Positions 42,055 through 54,593 of a DNA stretch of 63,807 nt are shown here, piece after piece. Origin of the DNA: Amoeboaphelidium protococcarum X5 (taxonomy: Eukaryota > Fungi > Aphelidiomycota); assembly GCA_023515725.1 (NCBI GenBank), contig JALDTO010000024.1, positions 1 through 63,807 of the forward strand, in the 5' to 3' direction. Under the pieces are notes generated by a model. The model had not been told where the DNA came from. It ran no database searches and saw only the letters and a list, made by a program, of their open reading frames with translations. Position numbers and translations under genes: made by a program. Every line of letters starts with the position of its first letter. Positions within the stretch are counted from its first letter, which is position 1.

Positions 42055-43110
42055 ATGGTGCGATTTAATAGGAGCAATTCTACAGCAACGTTGATGAGGA
42101 CGATTGATGAGGTGGAATAGGCTGAATCTCAGATCCCATCCAATGTGACCAGGAATCAGGAGGGTGCAATGAGAATGGCTTGGTTGATGTGGCGCATAGT
42201 CTGTGCTATTGTCCTGTTATACTCCATCGCTGTGATAGTCATCGGATCCATGGTGTATATGCGCTATCATGTGAGTACCTGTGTTCCATAGTTGTCCACG
42301 TGGCTGTTGGTATAATTGATCATACAAGGCATAGTAGTGGTTGTGAATTGTGCTATGCTCTGTGTAATTCCATCCATATACGATGATCCTATCACCGCAA
42401 TGAGGAAATCATATAAATGTGGTTGGGTATTTATCATCACCAGGCTGATACCCCTCGCTTATGCCGTATGGACTATAGTTGGTATATCCTTCACAGCTTT
42501 GCCACAGGAGATTGCAAATTGCTAGTCTGAAGATTAGATTGATTTTATACGTGGATTCTGCGTGCTGTTGGTTTTTATACATTCCGCTATATTTATATTC
42601 ATGGGTACTATGGCATCTTGTGTCCCGTGTATCGCCGCGTTATTCATGGCGTATGAGCAAGGATATGATTACATGGAATAGAGAGGAGTATCTTTGCCTT
42701 CTCACTCTAGACGATCTCTATAGTAATAATAATTATAATAGCTGCTCAGTCGCGGTTAATAGTCATCGTTTTAAGAATTGTAAAGATATATGATTCCAGT
42801 GAATATTACTGGCGATAAATCGTTGCATGGTTGTGTATGCGCAATATGTTAATGTGATTTAATCACTTATGAAGAGCATAGTGCTATGGATTAATCGCAT
42901 CATATTAGTAACACGGATAGATTGTGGCAATTGCAGTGTGGACATATATACCATGAGTCTTGTATATCTTAGTCTGTAACGCTGCACTCGCGTCATTGTC
43001 CTACATGTAGATAATTAATTGCCACCCCTAATCAGATAAGTCAAAGCTCACTCAATGGATCACTATCTGCTTCTACATCCTCATTGTCGTCATCCTCCTC
43101 ATTGCATTGA
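42055..43110 (+). CDS. Multi-pass membrane RING-H2 E3 ubiquitin ligase
   Basis: About 4 TM helices, then CAICQCD..LQCGHIYHESC..CPTCR; 351 aa, TGA at 43108. Confidence 0.85.
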
Positions 43111-43222
43111 TGACGGTCTTTAATCTCGTTACTTCTGTGTGATATATCAGTTAAAAAATACTTGATATTCCTTTGTATCTGGCATTTATTACTGTACTGA
43201 TCATACTTTCATTCCATTCTCT

Positions 43223-43651
43223 TCATTCCTCCCAGCACTTTTCACTGTAGCAATCTACTATTTTGCCCAACCTGAGGCTCGGCAACGTCAGATAGCTCTT
43301 CGCCGTTGTCAATTTCACGGCATTAGATTGAGAGACGCTTCCATCAGTAGATACATCTTACTGCAACTAATCTCCGCTTTCACCATAGATGGTTCTCATG
43401 TTCAGCACCATAAATAACGCATACACTAAGCTTTAGTGTTTGAGATTGAGATCATCGGCATTCTAAAGTAGAGCCTAGACAACAGATGCTACATCCTTCA
43501 ACTTTTAAACCTTCAGCAGTGCGTAAATGCGTATATTGTCATCTCTGCTCAATTCAAGTTGCAAATTTTTTTAAAAATTCAATCTAATAACCACTTCTGA
43601 GTAGTTATCACGCTTTGATAAGCGGAGCTCGCATAATAGAAATTTGTACAT
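43223..43651 (-). CDS. Hypothetical 142-aa protein (possibly Rpp14/Pop8-like RNase P/MRP subunit)
   Basis: MYKFLLCELRLSK..IRIYALLKVQ..VKLTTAKSYLTLPSL..TGA, open only with TAR=Gln. The family assignment is a guess from the beta/alpha pattern. Confidence 0.5.
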
Positions 43652-43696
43652 TCATTAAATTGTGAAATGAAAGATATCAATACTATATCATATTGT

Positions 43697-45217
43697 TCAA
43701 GATTAATAAGCAAATAGCTTTGTCGACTTTATCTGATTCAGCGGGGCAGGTTTGCTATGCTGTTTAGTCAATTCAGCACGTAGCATAGTACTGTACGTCT
43801 CATCCAAATACTCGCTCACTTGAAGCTCCAATTGCTGAGTGGTAAACTGCTTCTAGAATTATCTCGCCATATTTACCACGGCGGGCAGGTAATGGCTTTT
43901 CAAAGCCTCCAATTCCCACAGAGAACTCTTCATTGCACCAGCCATAGATGGATCCTGCTAATGCATATCAAATGGATCCTAGCTCCCATGACAAAAATTC
44001 TACTCTTCCACTTATGACAAGGCACGGTGTATCAAAACGATAGTGGACGGATGTCTGCGCATCAGATTATGTACCATGGCGAGCATAGTAAGAATCGCCG
44101 CTGGTGGAGCTGAGGGGCATAATCTGCACATTCGCTTAATAAATGCAGCCACCAGATTAACTGGGAGATGACTTGATTTCAAGAAGAGATCTGCCAACTT
44201 CAAAAATCTGCTCCTATACATGGAATGCACCATATCATAGTTAAATAGCGCGTACAATTTGGTATAGAATTCTGGATAATCCAAATTATACTTGTGAATC
44301 AGATGGAATAGACTGTTCAGAGCCAGAATCTGCAATATAAGATCTCCATTAGAGTAACAGTCAGTCAGAAAATCATGCAATCTTCTAGGATCATTCATGT
44401 GTGGAATAATCTCTTCATGCAGCACTTTAAGTATGACCTTGTAATCGTCCACATTCAACATTGGTAGAGACATCACATCTAACCACGCCTCACTGAAAGC
44501 CTTCTGATGACTTTTTGAGCATCCCACAGCAGTAATCCCATCGCGTATATACTGAGAACTACCAGACACAAAATAGGTAGGGGCTTCATTTAATGACTAT
44601 CCAGGTAGTTTCATCAATAAGTGTATCAGAAGATTACGCGCCTATTGAGTAGATTTTACTTGCGATTCTTCACACATTCGATGTATGGACCTTAAGCAGT
44701 AATATCTCAAATCAGAATACTTCAAAACATAAAACTCCAACAATAGCTACAATAGCTATTCGGATACATGTGGCTGACAGCGAAGTACAATAGTCTGTAT
44801 CAAATTGTGATATAAATCAAAGTTGAATGCATATTAACCAGTGACGCGTTAATCTTACTGAGAGTCAATCTGCACAAAAGACATCAAACTTCTCACAATG
44901 GCAACGTTAATCTGCAGTCCATCACGCGTATCACCATCATTATGCGGAGTACTCAAAATTCTCAGCATTTACTCACACACTTCATTAAATACACTGCGCA
45001 ACCATCCGACAGCTTTAACTCTATTTTTATCTGCCCGGTCCACGACATGAAGATCGCCATCAGAGAGTAATCGTTCAAAGACGCGTGCTGATGCTCTCAC
45101 ACAGTCTAAATGTTGATCAACATCGTTGCTCTTCAAATACTTTAATAGAACCAAAACTTGGTTTATATTTCTCTTATCACTATCTATCGATTACACGATA
45201 CTTGACAAGTCACTCAT
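43697..45217 (-). CDS. NOC4: Nucleolar complex protein 4 (CBF/Mak21 domain)
   Basis: HQKAFSEAWL, LHDFLTDCY, YNLDYPEFYTKLYAL, FLKSSHLPVNLVAAFIKRMCR, AMKSSLWELEALKSHY; 506 aa. Confidence 0.95.
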
Positions 45218-45448
45218 GTCTTTACTTGATACTAATATTTGTTAAGATTTGTAGAAATTTGGTAGACAGCTGGAATTGAATGATTTGATAAATTTTCAAT
45301 TACCGTAATAGAAGCTGTTCTTCCCTCTGCAGAGATTTCTCAAATTGATCTTGGGGACGAGACTGAAAGCAAATTCGTCAAGAGATCGTTCTCAACAACA
45401 ATCGGCACGCAAAGATAGATAGAAAAATATCTACAGTATACTCTGGCT

Positions 45449-45925
45449 ATGAATAAGATGAGATTAAACGCGACTATGGTGATGAGAAAGAGACTTTTGT
45501 CTGCGAGCGGAAAATGCAGATAGACTTAGATTGATAAGAATGCTTTTGAATAGATTTTATAACGACACAATGTGGGTGATATGAGTAGTCCATTGACTGA
45601 TGTCGCTGTTAAATTCAAGCTGTGCAATGACGTGTCAAAGCACTTTACGCGTCCCCTCTCCTCTGTGGAATTTAATAATATCACCAGTGCTCACGATATT
45701 CTCACACTCCTGTAAACTAAACCTCAAAGTGTTAATGTGGTACTAGCCAGAAAGGTGACCATTGAAGAGTAATTGTAAAAGATGAAATTGCCTGCTAATA
45801 TGCATTTTGTGCCTTCCAAACGCGACCTTATCCTCAGCGTTTTGAAGTAATAGTAGCGTTAATAGTAATAATAGCAGTAACAATTATAGTCTTAGTAGAC
45901 TCATCATATGATAAATGATTAGTGA
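45449..45925 (+). CDS. MRPL50: Mitochondrial ribosomal protein mL50-like, with poly-Gln tail
   Basis: Basic presequence, PLTDVAVKFKLCNDVSKHF, KLPANMHF, TAA/TAG-coded polyQ; 158 aa. Confidence 0.65.
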
Positions 45926-45983
45926 TAAAATTGATATATTTTAATTCTGAATGCGCCTGACATAATATATTTTCTCGATACTA

Positions 45984-47912
45984 TCACTATTTTGGTAATC
46001 CGCACATTTCGCAATCTTAATTCTGAGCCTTGTTCTGGAAGGTACAATGTGGACATGCCCACGGCTCTCCTTATGAGTTCTAATTCTTTGCAGATTACGA
46101 GGTTCCTCCGGACTGTGCCTAATCAGCCTCCTCCAACATGAACATCAGAGTCCGGACTGCATCAATCTAGAAAAGTTTTGCCTCAAATTCATCATCTTTA
46201 CAGTCCTTGTTATAAATTAGTTCAACCAGAGCACTGATCGAGTTCTCATCAAATACTGAAGATTAGAGCAGGTACAATAACAGATGAAAATCATTCAATG
46301 CATCGCGTTTACTGCATTTAATTGACGATAAATGAGACTTGAGCAGAGGCATTGATGAAGGAGTCAGGCGATTCTCAATGTTGAAGAACTGCGGCGATGT
46401 AAACATCTACTTTGGATCTTGCGGGAATCCTTCAGTCAATGTCACAATAAGATACTCCACAGGGAAACATGGCTTAGCTGCTTCCTACACAGTGACACCG
46501 TACTTGTTCTTGAATTTGTAAAAGACTTCCGGCACGTAATTGTCAGCTGAACTCTCCACAACATGAACACTGTTCGGGTCCATTGTGGCCTCAATGACCT
46601 GATCACGCACCATCCCCATGCCAATATTGGACACCTGATATGCACTCAGATGAATATCATTGTTCTGGTCTCCACTCACGACAACAGATACAAATTTAGA
46701 TCCAAAATAGTGGCCCTTTGCATGAGGTGTAAACGATGGATTATCCAACTGCTACTGAGCCATGAACATAATCTCTGCAGAGGATAGAAAGTAAGAATCC
46801 ACATGTCGCTTGCAGATAACCTTTCCCAGTCCACTGCCATCATCAATCAGATCTGTGTATATTACACCTACAGGACGGATATCTAAAACTTTACTTATTA
46901 CGTCCAGGTGAGCCTTCTAAGTATCAGGCAATAATTCCACTCCATCTGATCCATTGTTTTGAGGTGGTTCATATACAGCTGATACGACAGCTTTAATTCC
47001 CAGCGGGACTTTATCATGCACCTCATATCTACCATACAGTATCCCAATCCTCTGCAGACCAGATTATCTCCAGAAAGACAGAAATTGGTCTATTATCGCT
47101 GGACTCTCAAATTCAACATGATCAACCATACGGAAAACTTGTTATTATAATACAATAGCAGATGGTTGACACTTGGCACACATCGAGGCGGGATAAGGAG
47201 GATGGCCAGCGTCGCAATTAGGATTAACTTTAAAAGAAGGCTCTTCCAACAGGGGAACAACAGAGTCCGACTCAAACTTTCCAGATGAAGATACTGTTCG
47301 ATTAGCTGCGTTCTTCGTCACGTTTTAAGTCTATAACTTTCTGAGATAGGCATGGAACGACATGTGTTTAATTTTCTGCTCTTCTAAATATTTAGAGTCA
47401 TAAGGTTCCAATGGCATACAATAATCACACATTCCCTTGGGTCCATGGCGGCAAAATCTCTCATCCTTCCCTCTCCGTATCAAGCCATCTTAATTAGAAA
47501 GAAGTTGATCAACTTTATCCAATTTCAGCATCTCATTATTATCCAAAGTATCGCTCTGCTATGACTTTACTTGTTATTAGCTACTTTACACCTAATGCTA
47601 AGTGACCGAATTGCCGCCAATCTTGGTGACATACAACAAGTCTCCATGACGGATTCCCAGAGCATTAACTTTGATATCATTACCAGCTTAGAATGGTCGA
47701 CTTCCATTAGGCTAATTAGATAGAGTGAACTGAGTCTGATCCATCTTGAGCACCTAAGCAGACTCTGCATACAGTGCGGAAATGGATACATCATCTCCCA
47801 CATTCACTCTAAAATTTCCATCAGCTGATCTCAAACGGATAATCTACATCATTGCGCTTATAATAATAGTAATGATGATGATGAAGTACGATTGTCAATG
47901 AAAACTTACCAT
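45984..47912 (-). CDS. NPL4: Npl4 (Cdc48/p97 cofactor) with C-terminal NZF finger; intron 47844-47909
   Basis: ATG|[13 protein letters not shown] after a 66-nt intron; [84 protein letters not shown]. Confidence 0.96.
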
Positions 47913-48170
47913 TATATAAAGAAGGTTACTACTACTTTGGTACTAGTTAAACTGGCGTGACTCGAATACTCAAAATCAAGCGAATACTCAACACGAAACA
48001 GGAACAAAAAGAGACTGAATGAGAGAGAGAAAGAGAGAGAGAACAGATGCGAAGAGAATGGCGCGATTCGTCGACAGAGCCAGTTCTCACTGTGACACTC
48101 TTACTGTTAGAAGAGACATGTCACTCAGTTATCGTTGGGACATTAAGACAGTATAGTACATCAATAAATT

Positions 48171-48596
48171 TCATTTTAATACAGCATGTCCACGCCTTAA
48201 GTCAATGTACTGATGAATAAGCGCCTCATTCAATTCGTGTTGAATGTACTGATACTCTTCATGGGATCGGTAGTAGAGTTTAGTTCTAGGATCTTGGTAG
48301 TTACTAGGCAGTCCAGTAATATCACAGTACTTTTATTTAGGGATAAATGAGGGCGGTGCTTCTATGGACTAATATGTGACTGCCCGAGGGTCTTTCGGTC
48401 GAGCGTGTAGTGGCAGCAGCTGCTTCAGGTTCTTGAACTTGGTCGGTGTCTTGTAATTGGGATTCTTGAATTGAGCCTACAAATTATATCACAATTTATC
48501 ATATCAATGCATGTATTAAGTCATAGTAAGGCCAATTAAGGAGCAGATATATTGTACCTAATCATCCGTTGCCGCCTGTGCTTATCGTTTGGTCAT
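48171..48596 (-). CDS. IES6: INO80 complex subunit Ies6/INO80C; intron 48477-48557
   Basis: FKNPNY..FKNLKQLL, TYQSIEAPPSFIPKQKYCDITGLPSNYQDPRTKLYY (YL1-C), YIDLRRG. Confidence 0.92.
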
Positions 48597-48808
48597 GTTT
48601 ATTATGTGCTTAACAGAGAACGATGTGTTTTACTGACTGACGATGTGATTGGATCGAGAACTAAAAATAGAAAAATTTGATTCTAAAAATGGTATTAAGA
48701 GTGATCTTACTTTATAGATGGACGTTCTCTTTTTTACTACAGAAATTAGTAAAAGATTTTGTGTGTGTGTATATAAACAATTATTAATATTCTATTTGTA
48801 AATATAAC

Positions 48809-49105
48809 ATGACGTCCTAAAACAATACCACTCAGAGTAACAACAATAGTAAACTGCGCAGAGCCACGATTCAGGTTTACGTGCGCGATTCAGTGAAGTC
48901 GGACAAGATCAACTCGCAAAAGATCATAGAGCTCGTCGCTGAAACAGTTGTCGGTAAACGCGTAAATGTCTTTGATTATCTCCGATCGCCTGCCTCTCTT
49001 AGAGATTCTGTGCTGGAAAATAATGCTATGAATGATGATTTGCCTCTAGCCATCTGTATGAAATTGGAGAATATCGTTAGAGATTACTCCTCCAAACTGT
49101 CTTGA
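48809..49105 (+). CDS. Hypothetical 98-aa protein
   Basis: ATG 48809 is in frame with track ORF 48881..49105 via TAA; ends in TGA; AT-rich leader. Confidence 0.55.
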
Positions 49106-49221
49106 TTTGAAAACAGCGATGATGTCTTAACTGAATGCTTGAATGAATGCTATGAAAAGTATACCATAAAGAATTGAATTTAATCAAATCGTAACATTTA
49201 CTATAATACTTTACAAAACGA

Positions 49222-50226
49222 TCATTCATTATACGTGATAAAACGCGCCAACTCCCGTCTAGAATCAACTTGTTTCGTGAATGCAAGAGACAATGTGGTG
49301 GGCAATTTGTCAGTGAATGCTTCCTTCAACTTTATTACAGACATATGATGCAGAGCAGCGGGACAACTAATTGAATGGCTGAAACTACGTCGACCCAGTG
49401 TATCGGCATTCTTTGAGCAGTAGGACTCATTATAAATAGACAAATCTACTTACTGTTCTGATTCATTCTCAGATTCATCTTCGGGGATGGCGCCAGTGTC
49501 CATAACTTTTTAAATCAACTTCTCAGCTCTCTAATGTCCATGCAATCGTGCAATATCAACTGGCAGACATCCGCGGTGATCCTTGACGTTCCATTCGGCG
49601 CCGTGACTCAGTAAAAGCCGTACGATCGGAGTATGTCCATTGACACAAGCGAAATGGAGTGCAGTTGGACCTTTATCATAAATTTGAGACGTGCTCTTGT
49701 TCTTTACCCATCCAATACAATTCACATCAGCACCGCTATCAATCAAGTACTCAGCAACTTGTATATGACCATGGTAGCATGCACCATGCAGCGCAGTCAT
49801 CCCATGCCTATTCCTAGAGTCTATGATTATCTTCAACTCTGAGGCTGACCGCTGCGATTGACATGTTTCAACAACCAATTTAACTTGTCCCAGATCGCCT
49901 TGACTCGCCGATGAATGTAAACCAAGATGCTTCACCAGTCTTCTTCTCTGGGTGGTATGTGCATACTACTACTGCTAATGCTGACTAGAAGCTGTAGATG
50001 AGATCGATGACGATTGTGTCGAGTGATCTGAAACGTTCGTGGCGAGCGATTCGGCAAAAGACTACTTTCGCTCATTGTTATTATTACATAATGGTGGTGG
50101 TGGTGGGCTTTGATATCTTGAATCCATCTCATTACCCAGCTCTTACTACTACTATTACTACAATTACTCTTAACTCTCCTTTCCCACAGATAAAAGCTAT
50201 TAGATTTGACTCAGCACTTCCGCCAT
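49222..50226 (-). CDS. Ankyrin-repeat protein with Gln/Pro-rich N-terminus
   Basis: 334 aa; GMTALHGACYHGH, GPTALHFACVNGH, GCLPVDIARLHGH; joins ORFs 49531..49935 and 49222..49443. Confidence 0.85.
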
Positions 50227-50863
50227 GTTTTGTTGATTACGAGAAATATAAAGTTCAACTTTAAGGACAAGGATTGTTTATTATTATTAATATTATTATT
50301 TGTACGCGAAAGTAATGAGAAGAGGAAGTTGAATGGTGTCAAACACCAAACTGTCTGTCTGTGAAGATATTTTTAACTTTACCATCGTTGAATCATCGCG
50401 TCGTTGAAGCAGTAATCTAGATTTAAATGATTCCCTCTGATGATTCGACCACATGTATGACATAATGCTCATGTAGAGAGGTTGTTGATCTTTTTATTCT
50501 CCCAGTACACCGGGTTATGTTCGCAGCACTAATGTGTGAATTTTGCATTAAATACAGCTCACTTGACGGACCGCTAAGATCCCAAGACAATATAGTTAAA
50601 TGTCAAATTCTGTCTGCGCGTGGCTTTTCAATCAGAACTGCTTTAATTTCGCCAGTTTATAAATCAATCTCTTTCTAGATTAATGATAGAAAGTGTACGC
50701 AGAGCTGTTGATGTAACTATGAGTGTATTATTTATGCAGTACAACTGGGTATTTATTGTTTAACGAGAGGAAACCATGCAATAACGTTCACAAGATTTGC
50801 GCTAAAAAATGACAGGAAATATTGTCTTTTTGCCGATCTTTTCTTTTTCACAACAAACACAAA

Positions 50864-51412
50864 ATGGAAAATCAATTAACGTCAACGTCATTGCCCACTA
50901 GTGATAGCTACACTTACTCTATTCATGACCCACCTGGGTACATCAAGCCCTCTTTTCAAAACATGCTCCTCACCGACATTACCGCTGAAGAGTTGTTGTC
51001 AATCGCAAAACGACTTGGAGTGGACTACTTGGGGCCAGCAGCTGAATTTCCGTGCTGCTTCCCGACATCTGGAAAGATTCATGGAAATAACAAACGACTC
51101 ATGGTCTCTCTAACTTGTCGCAGGGAAAAAAATAACTCAAAGCCCATCAACGTCATCTTCCTCATCAACACTGCCTCTCCAAACACTTTTCTGTGTGAGA
51201 AAGCTATGGAGGCACTTGTTGGAAAGCCTGGATGCACTATTGGCTCGATGGTGGATGTCATGATTCATACAAAAAAAGTTGTCGTTTGCCATTTATCACC
51301 TCATGACAAACACTTTTCGGATGTGAATGTGCTTGGAATGGATTTCTTGTCGGATAATATGCGTTCACTATCCATAGACTATGACAAGAAATCTTTTCAA
51401 CCGACTTTATGA
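50864..51412 (+). CDS. Retropepsin-fold (clan AA aspartic protease-like) protein with degenerate catalytic motif
   Basis: NVIFLINTASPNTFL (canonical FLIDTGSP) and C-terminal NVLGMDFL; 182 aa; no TAA/TAG; ends in TGA. Confidence 0.75.
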   Translation: MENQLTSTSLPTSDSYTYSIHDPPGYIKPSFQNMLLTDITAEELLSIAKRLGVDYLGPAAEFPCCFPTSGKIHGNNKRLMVSLTCRREKNNSKPINVIFLINTASPNTFLCEKAMEALVGKPGCTIGSMVDVMIHTKKVVVCHLSPHDKHFSDVNVLGMDFLSDNMRSLSIDYDKKSFQPTL

Positions 51413-51629
51413 AATAAATACCGTTTGGTCATTGTAAAGGCGACGCCAATTTTGCCTTCATTGATTGGCCGAGTGATATTGCGCCGAGTGATCTGATCCG
51501 ATCTGATTCGGGCGCCTTTCATATTCAGCCACATTAATAAATAAGATTGATCAGCATTACTTTATTTTCCTCTACTTGTGTTGATTTTTCTTCCATTATA
51601 ATTATATTGCGCTGATCCACAACCATTTA

Positions 51630-54242
51630 ATGAATAAAAATAGATAGATTGCTAGCGTCATTTCTTTAGCGGATATCAGTAGTAAACGGCGATTATCGTC
51701 GTCTTAGAATGATCAGTCTAATGGTGATTTGCGTTAGTCGCGTCCGTATTCGCTACTTATCACACCGTTTAGTGCTTAGGAATGGGTGCTGGCTAATTCA
51801 ATTACAATGTTGATGGATCATATCACAGCGTATCCTGATAATCCTGATTTTATGCCGACGGAGGCTGGATAGAATGTGAGGCATCTGATAGTGCACAAAG
51901 CGTCCGATGTTGTGAAATCTGTTAGCAATCTGAGTTAGTCGTGTCTCGAGTCTGTTAAAATGTCCATTTAAAGCAATGTTACTGATGATGGTGCCTCCGC
52001 TGATGATGAGACTCAATTCAGGGAGAAGAAGTAGCAACTGCACAGCTGTGTTATCATGGCCGTTGATAAAATTAAGCAATTTATTGTAAATGACACGCTC
52101 CAAGATGAAGTTGCCAAACAATTAATTTTGGAGTATCTGATCGATATTGCCAGTATGGCGAGTGAACTTATCGACTTTGCCACTGATTTGCAGCGAGTCG
52201 CCAAGAAGATGTCTGGACTTTGTATCCTCCCAGATACTCTTATTCCTAGTTAAAGTGATAGTGCTAACATTCAATAGAAAGAGAATCGCATTAATAATAA
52301 TGGCAATAATGGCGATGATGATTGTTAAGAATTTGATGCTGACGATGAGAGCGAAGGTGATAATGACGATGATACAGAGATAATTGTGAAATTGGATCCA
52401 GATGGAGAATCGTTTTGTCGCGTCGTATTGCCAGATAGTGCTCATAGTGTTAATTTTAAAGTCCAAATGAATTGCTCTGGCTGTAAGTAGAAATTATCTT
52501 CCAAAGTTAGTCAAGTTGAGTACAAGTCTCGTCGCTTTCATCTGGATTGTTTTCGCTGCGTGTCTTGTCACGGTGTGATTAAACATCAGAACTTCCTCAC
52601 TCACTCAGAGCAGCCTCTTTGCTCCAAATGCTCTCCTCAGTGTCATGGGTGTTAGAAGCCGATAGTTGCCGACTGCTTTCTGGCTCTGGATAAGACTTTT
52701 CACGTGTAATGCTTCAAATGTATCAGCTGTCTTCATGTTATTCCGGTAGATGCTCAATTCTATAGAAAGTCTTCGGGTGCATGCTGCGTTGATTGTATGC
52801 ACGACACTGCGTAGAAGAAGGTACCACAGTTGGACAAGAGGAAATCAGTTTTTGAACAATTATGGAATCCCACGCTGAACACTCGCTTCTCTCTCTATCT
52901 GGATCAGACGTTCAAGCCTGGCGTAGAGTCTAAGTTCTACTCTGGCTCCGAGACATCTTTTGATACGTTCAAGTCGCGGCGCTCTACTTTGGACATGACT
53001 GATCAGACGAAAGAGTCACCAGTACCTCCACCTAGATTGTAAATTCCACAGTAACGCTCATTTGATCCCATGCCTACCCCGCCATAACGTAAAGAGAGTG
53101 TGGAGTAACTATTACGAAGTCCTTCCTTGGATGGATTAAAGTCTTTCGCTGCATTTAAGCAGGGCCCCTAGCTAGAGAATGTCCGCTCTCATTCATCTGT
53201 CCAGTAGTAATAAACTGCAGCATCATCCAATCTTACAGTCTCGCCTGCTGGTCTCGTTCAAGACCGAATTTCGATTTAGAAGCTCATGTCTATGCCCGGT
53301 GTGTTATCAAGCGAGTTTGGCGTCTAATGCTTTGTAGACTTTTGTATGGATGAAGATTACGCGTAGTAGCTCTTCTTCTGGATGGATGTTGAGCAATTTC
53401 GTACGCTAGCAGAATCTTAGAGTAAAGACGCCAATCGATATGCTCAATCCATGTTTGCAAAGTATATTAAGCGCGGTGCAGAGATGTGTCTTCATGAACT
53501 TGGTGGTGATATTGTTAGGCAAATATCTGCTGACATTACAAAGGACAATGTTCCACCGCTTATCTTTGACGTTGCCCAGAAGCAGATTTACGGCACTCTC
53601 TCTCAGCAGGCATTACCTCGATTTCTAAAGAGTAAGCATGGTAATAAGTATTTGCAGAAAATTGTACAAAAATAGGTTGAGTAGATGCCAGGTATCTATA
53701 AATAGATGGGACAGGAGCGCGCATAAAAGTATGAACTTCCCAAAATGCCTCCGCCTGAGATTATTGAAAAGTATCCAGACTACCTGGTCAAGGTGAGCGT
53801 CATTGGCTTTGAGAAGCGATACTCTCCTGAGAAGCATTACGTCTACCAGCTGCATGTCGGAAGGATACGCGACATTTTCACTGCAAGTCATGGCCCTGAT
53901 ATCTTGCAGGATGGAAAGAAGTTTTGTCCGGTTATCTACAGGACACTGCAAGAGATTCTTGATGTACATCGCGCTCTTGTCCGGTACTTTCCAAAGCTGA
54001 AAGATAAGTTTCCATAGATGGTAAATGTTAAGGCATAAGCTAATGCTATTCATCATCTATTTAAATACAGCAATAGCAAAGACTCAAAGGATAGGACTGT
54101 GGATTTGGACTAGTACTTCTTCCAGCTGTTCAAAATGCCATCTGCTGTAGTCTAATCAGTGATTATGAAGGAATTTATCAAGCCAACCAAGAGCGACATT
54201 GAGACGTATCACTTTGATTTGAAAATAATGCCTAAATCATGA
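51630..54242 (+). CDS. LIM-LIM-RGS-PX multidomain signalling protein
   Basis: Single 870-aa frame. LIMs CSGC..FHLDCFRCVSC..CSKC and CHGC..FHVQCFKCISC..CVDC; RGS FVDFC..LFFWMDVEQFR..IFDVAQKQIY..LPRFLKS; PX FEKRYSPEKHYVY..IYRTLQEILDVHRAL..DRTVDLDQYF. Confidence 0.88.
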
Positions 54243-54593
54243 TGAACCAATTTGTAATTATATATTGTTAAGGTGTTGCATTAGACCATACTTATTTCAT
54301 TTGACTTTTCCCCCACTAACAACCGTTTAGATAAAATATCCATCACACAAGAGAGCGATCAGAAGAGATAGAGACTGAGTGAGAGAGAGGGTAAGATGAT
54401 GCATAGATCAAAATGATCACATAGAATGAGAAAGGCCAATTGAGAAAAGCAAGTGGTCATACTGCAACAAGCAGATAAAGCAGTGAGTGATTCAGCTACC
54501 AGTATTTTATTATAAAGTTAAACTATAGATGCATATCTTTAATCATTGTAAAGATAATGCGCACTGAACAGCACGTACTATCAATACTCCTCT

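Noticed and set aside
48005-48060. (GA)n-rich tract, with similar purine/pyrimidine tracts at ~6510, ~8500, ~13950 and ~54360
   Set aside because: Ordinary short microsatellite or promoter/UTR pyrimidine tracts; no further structure.
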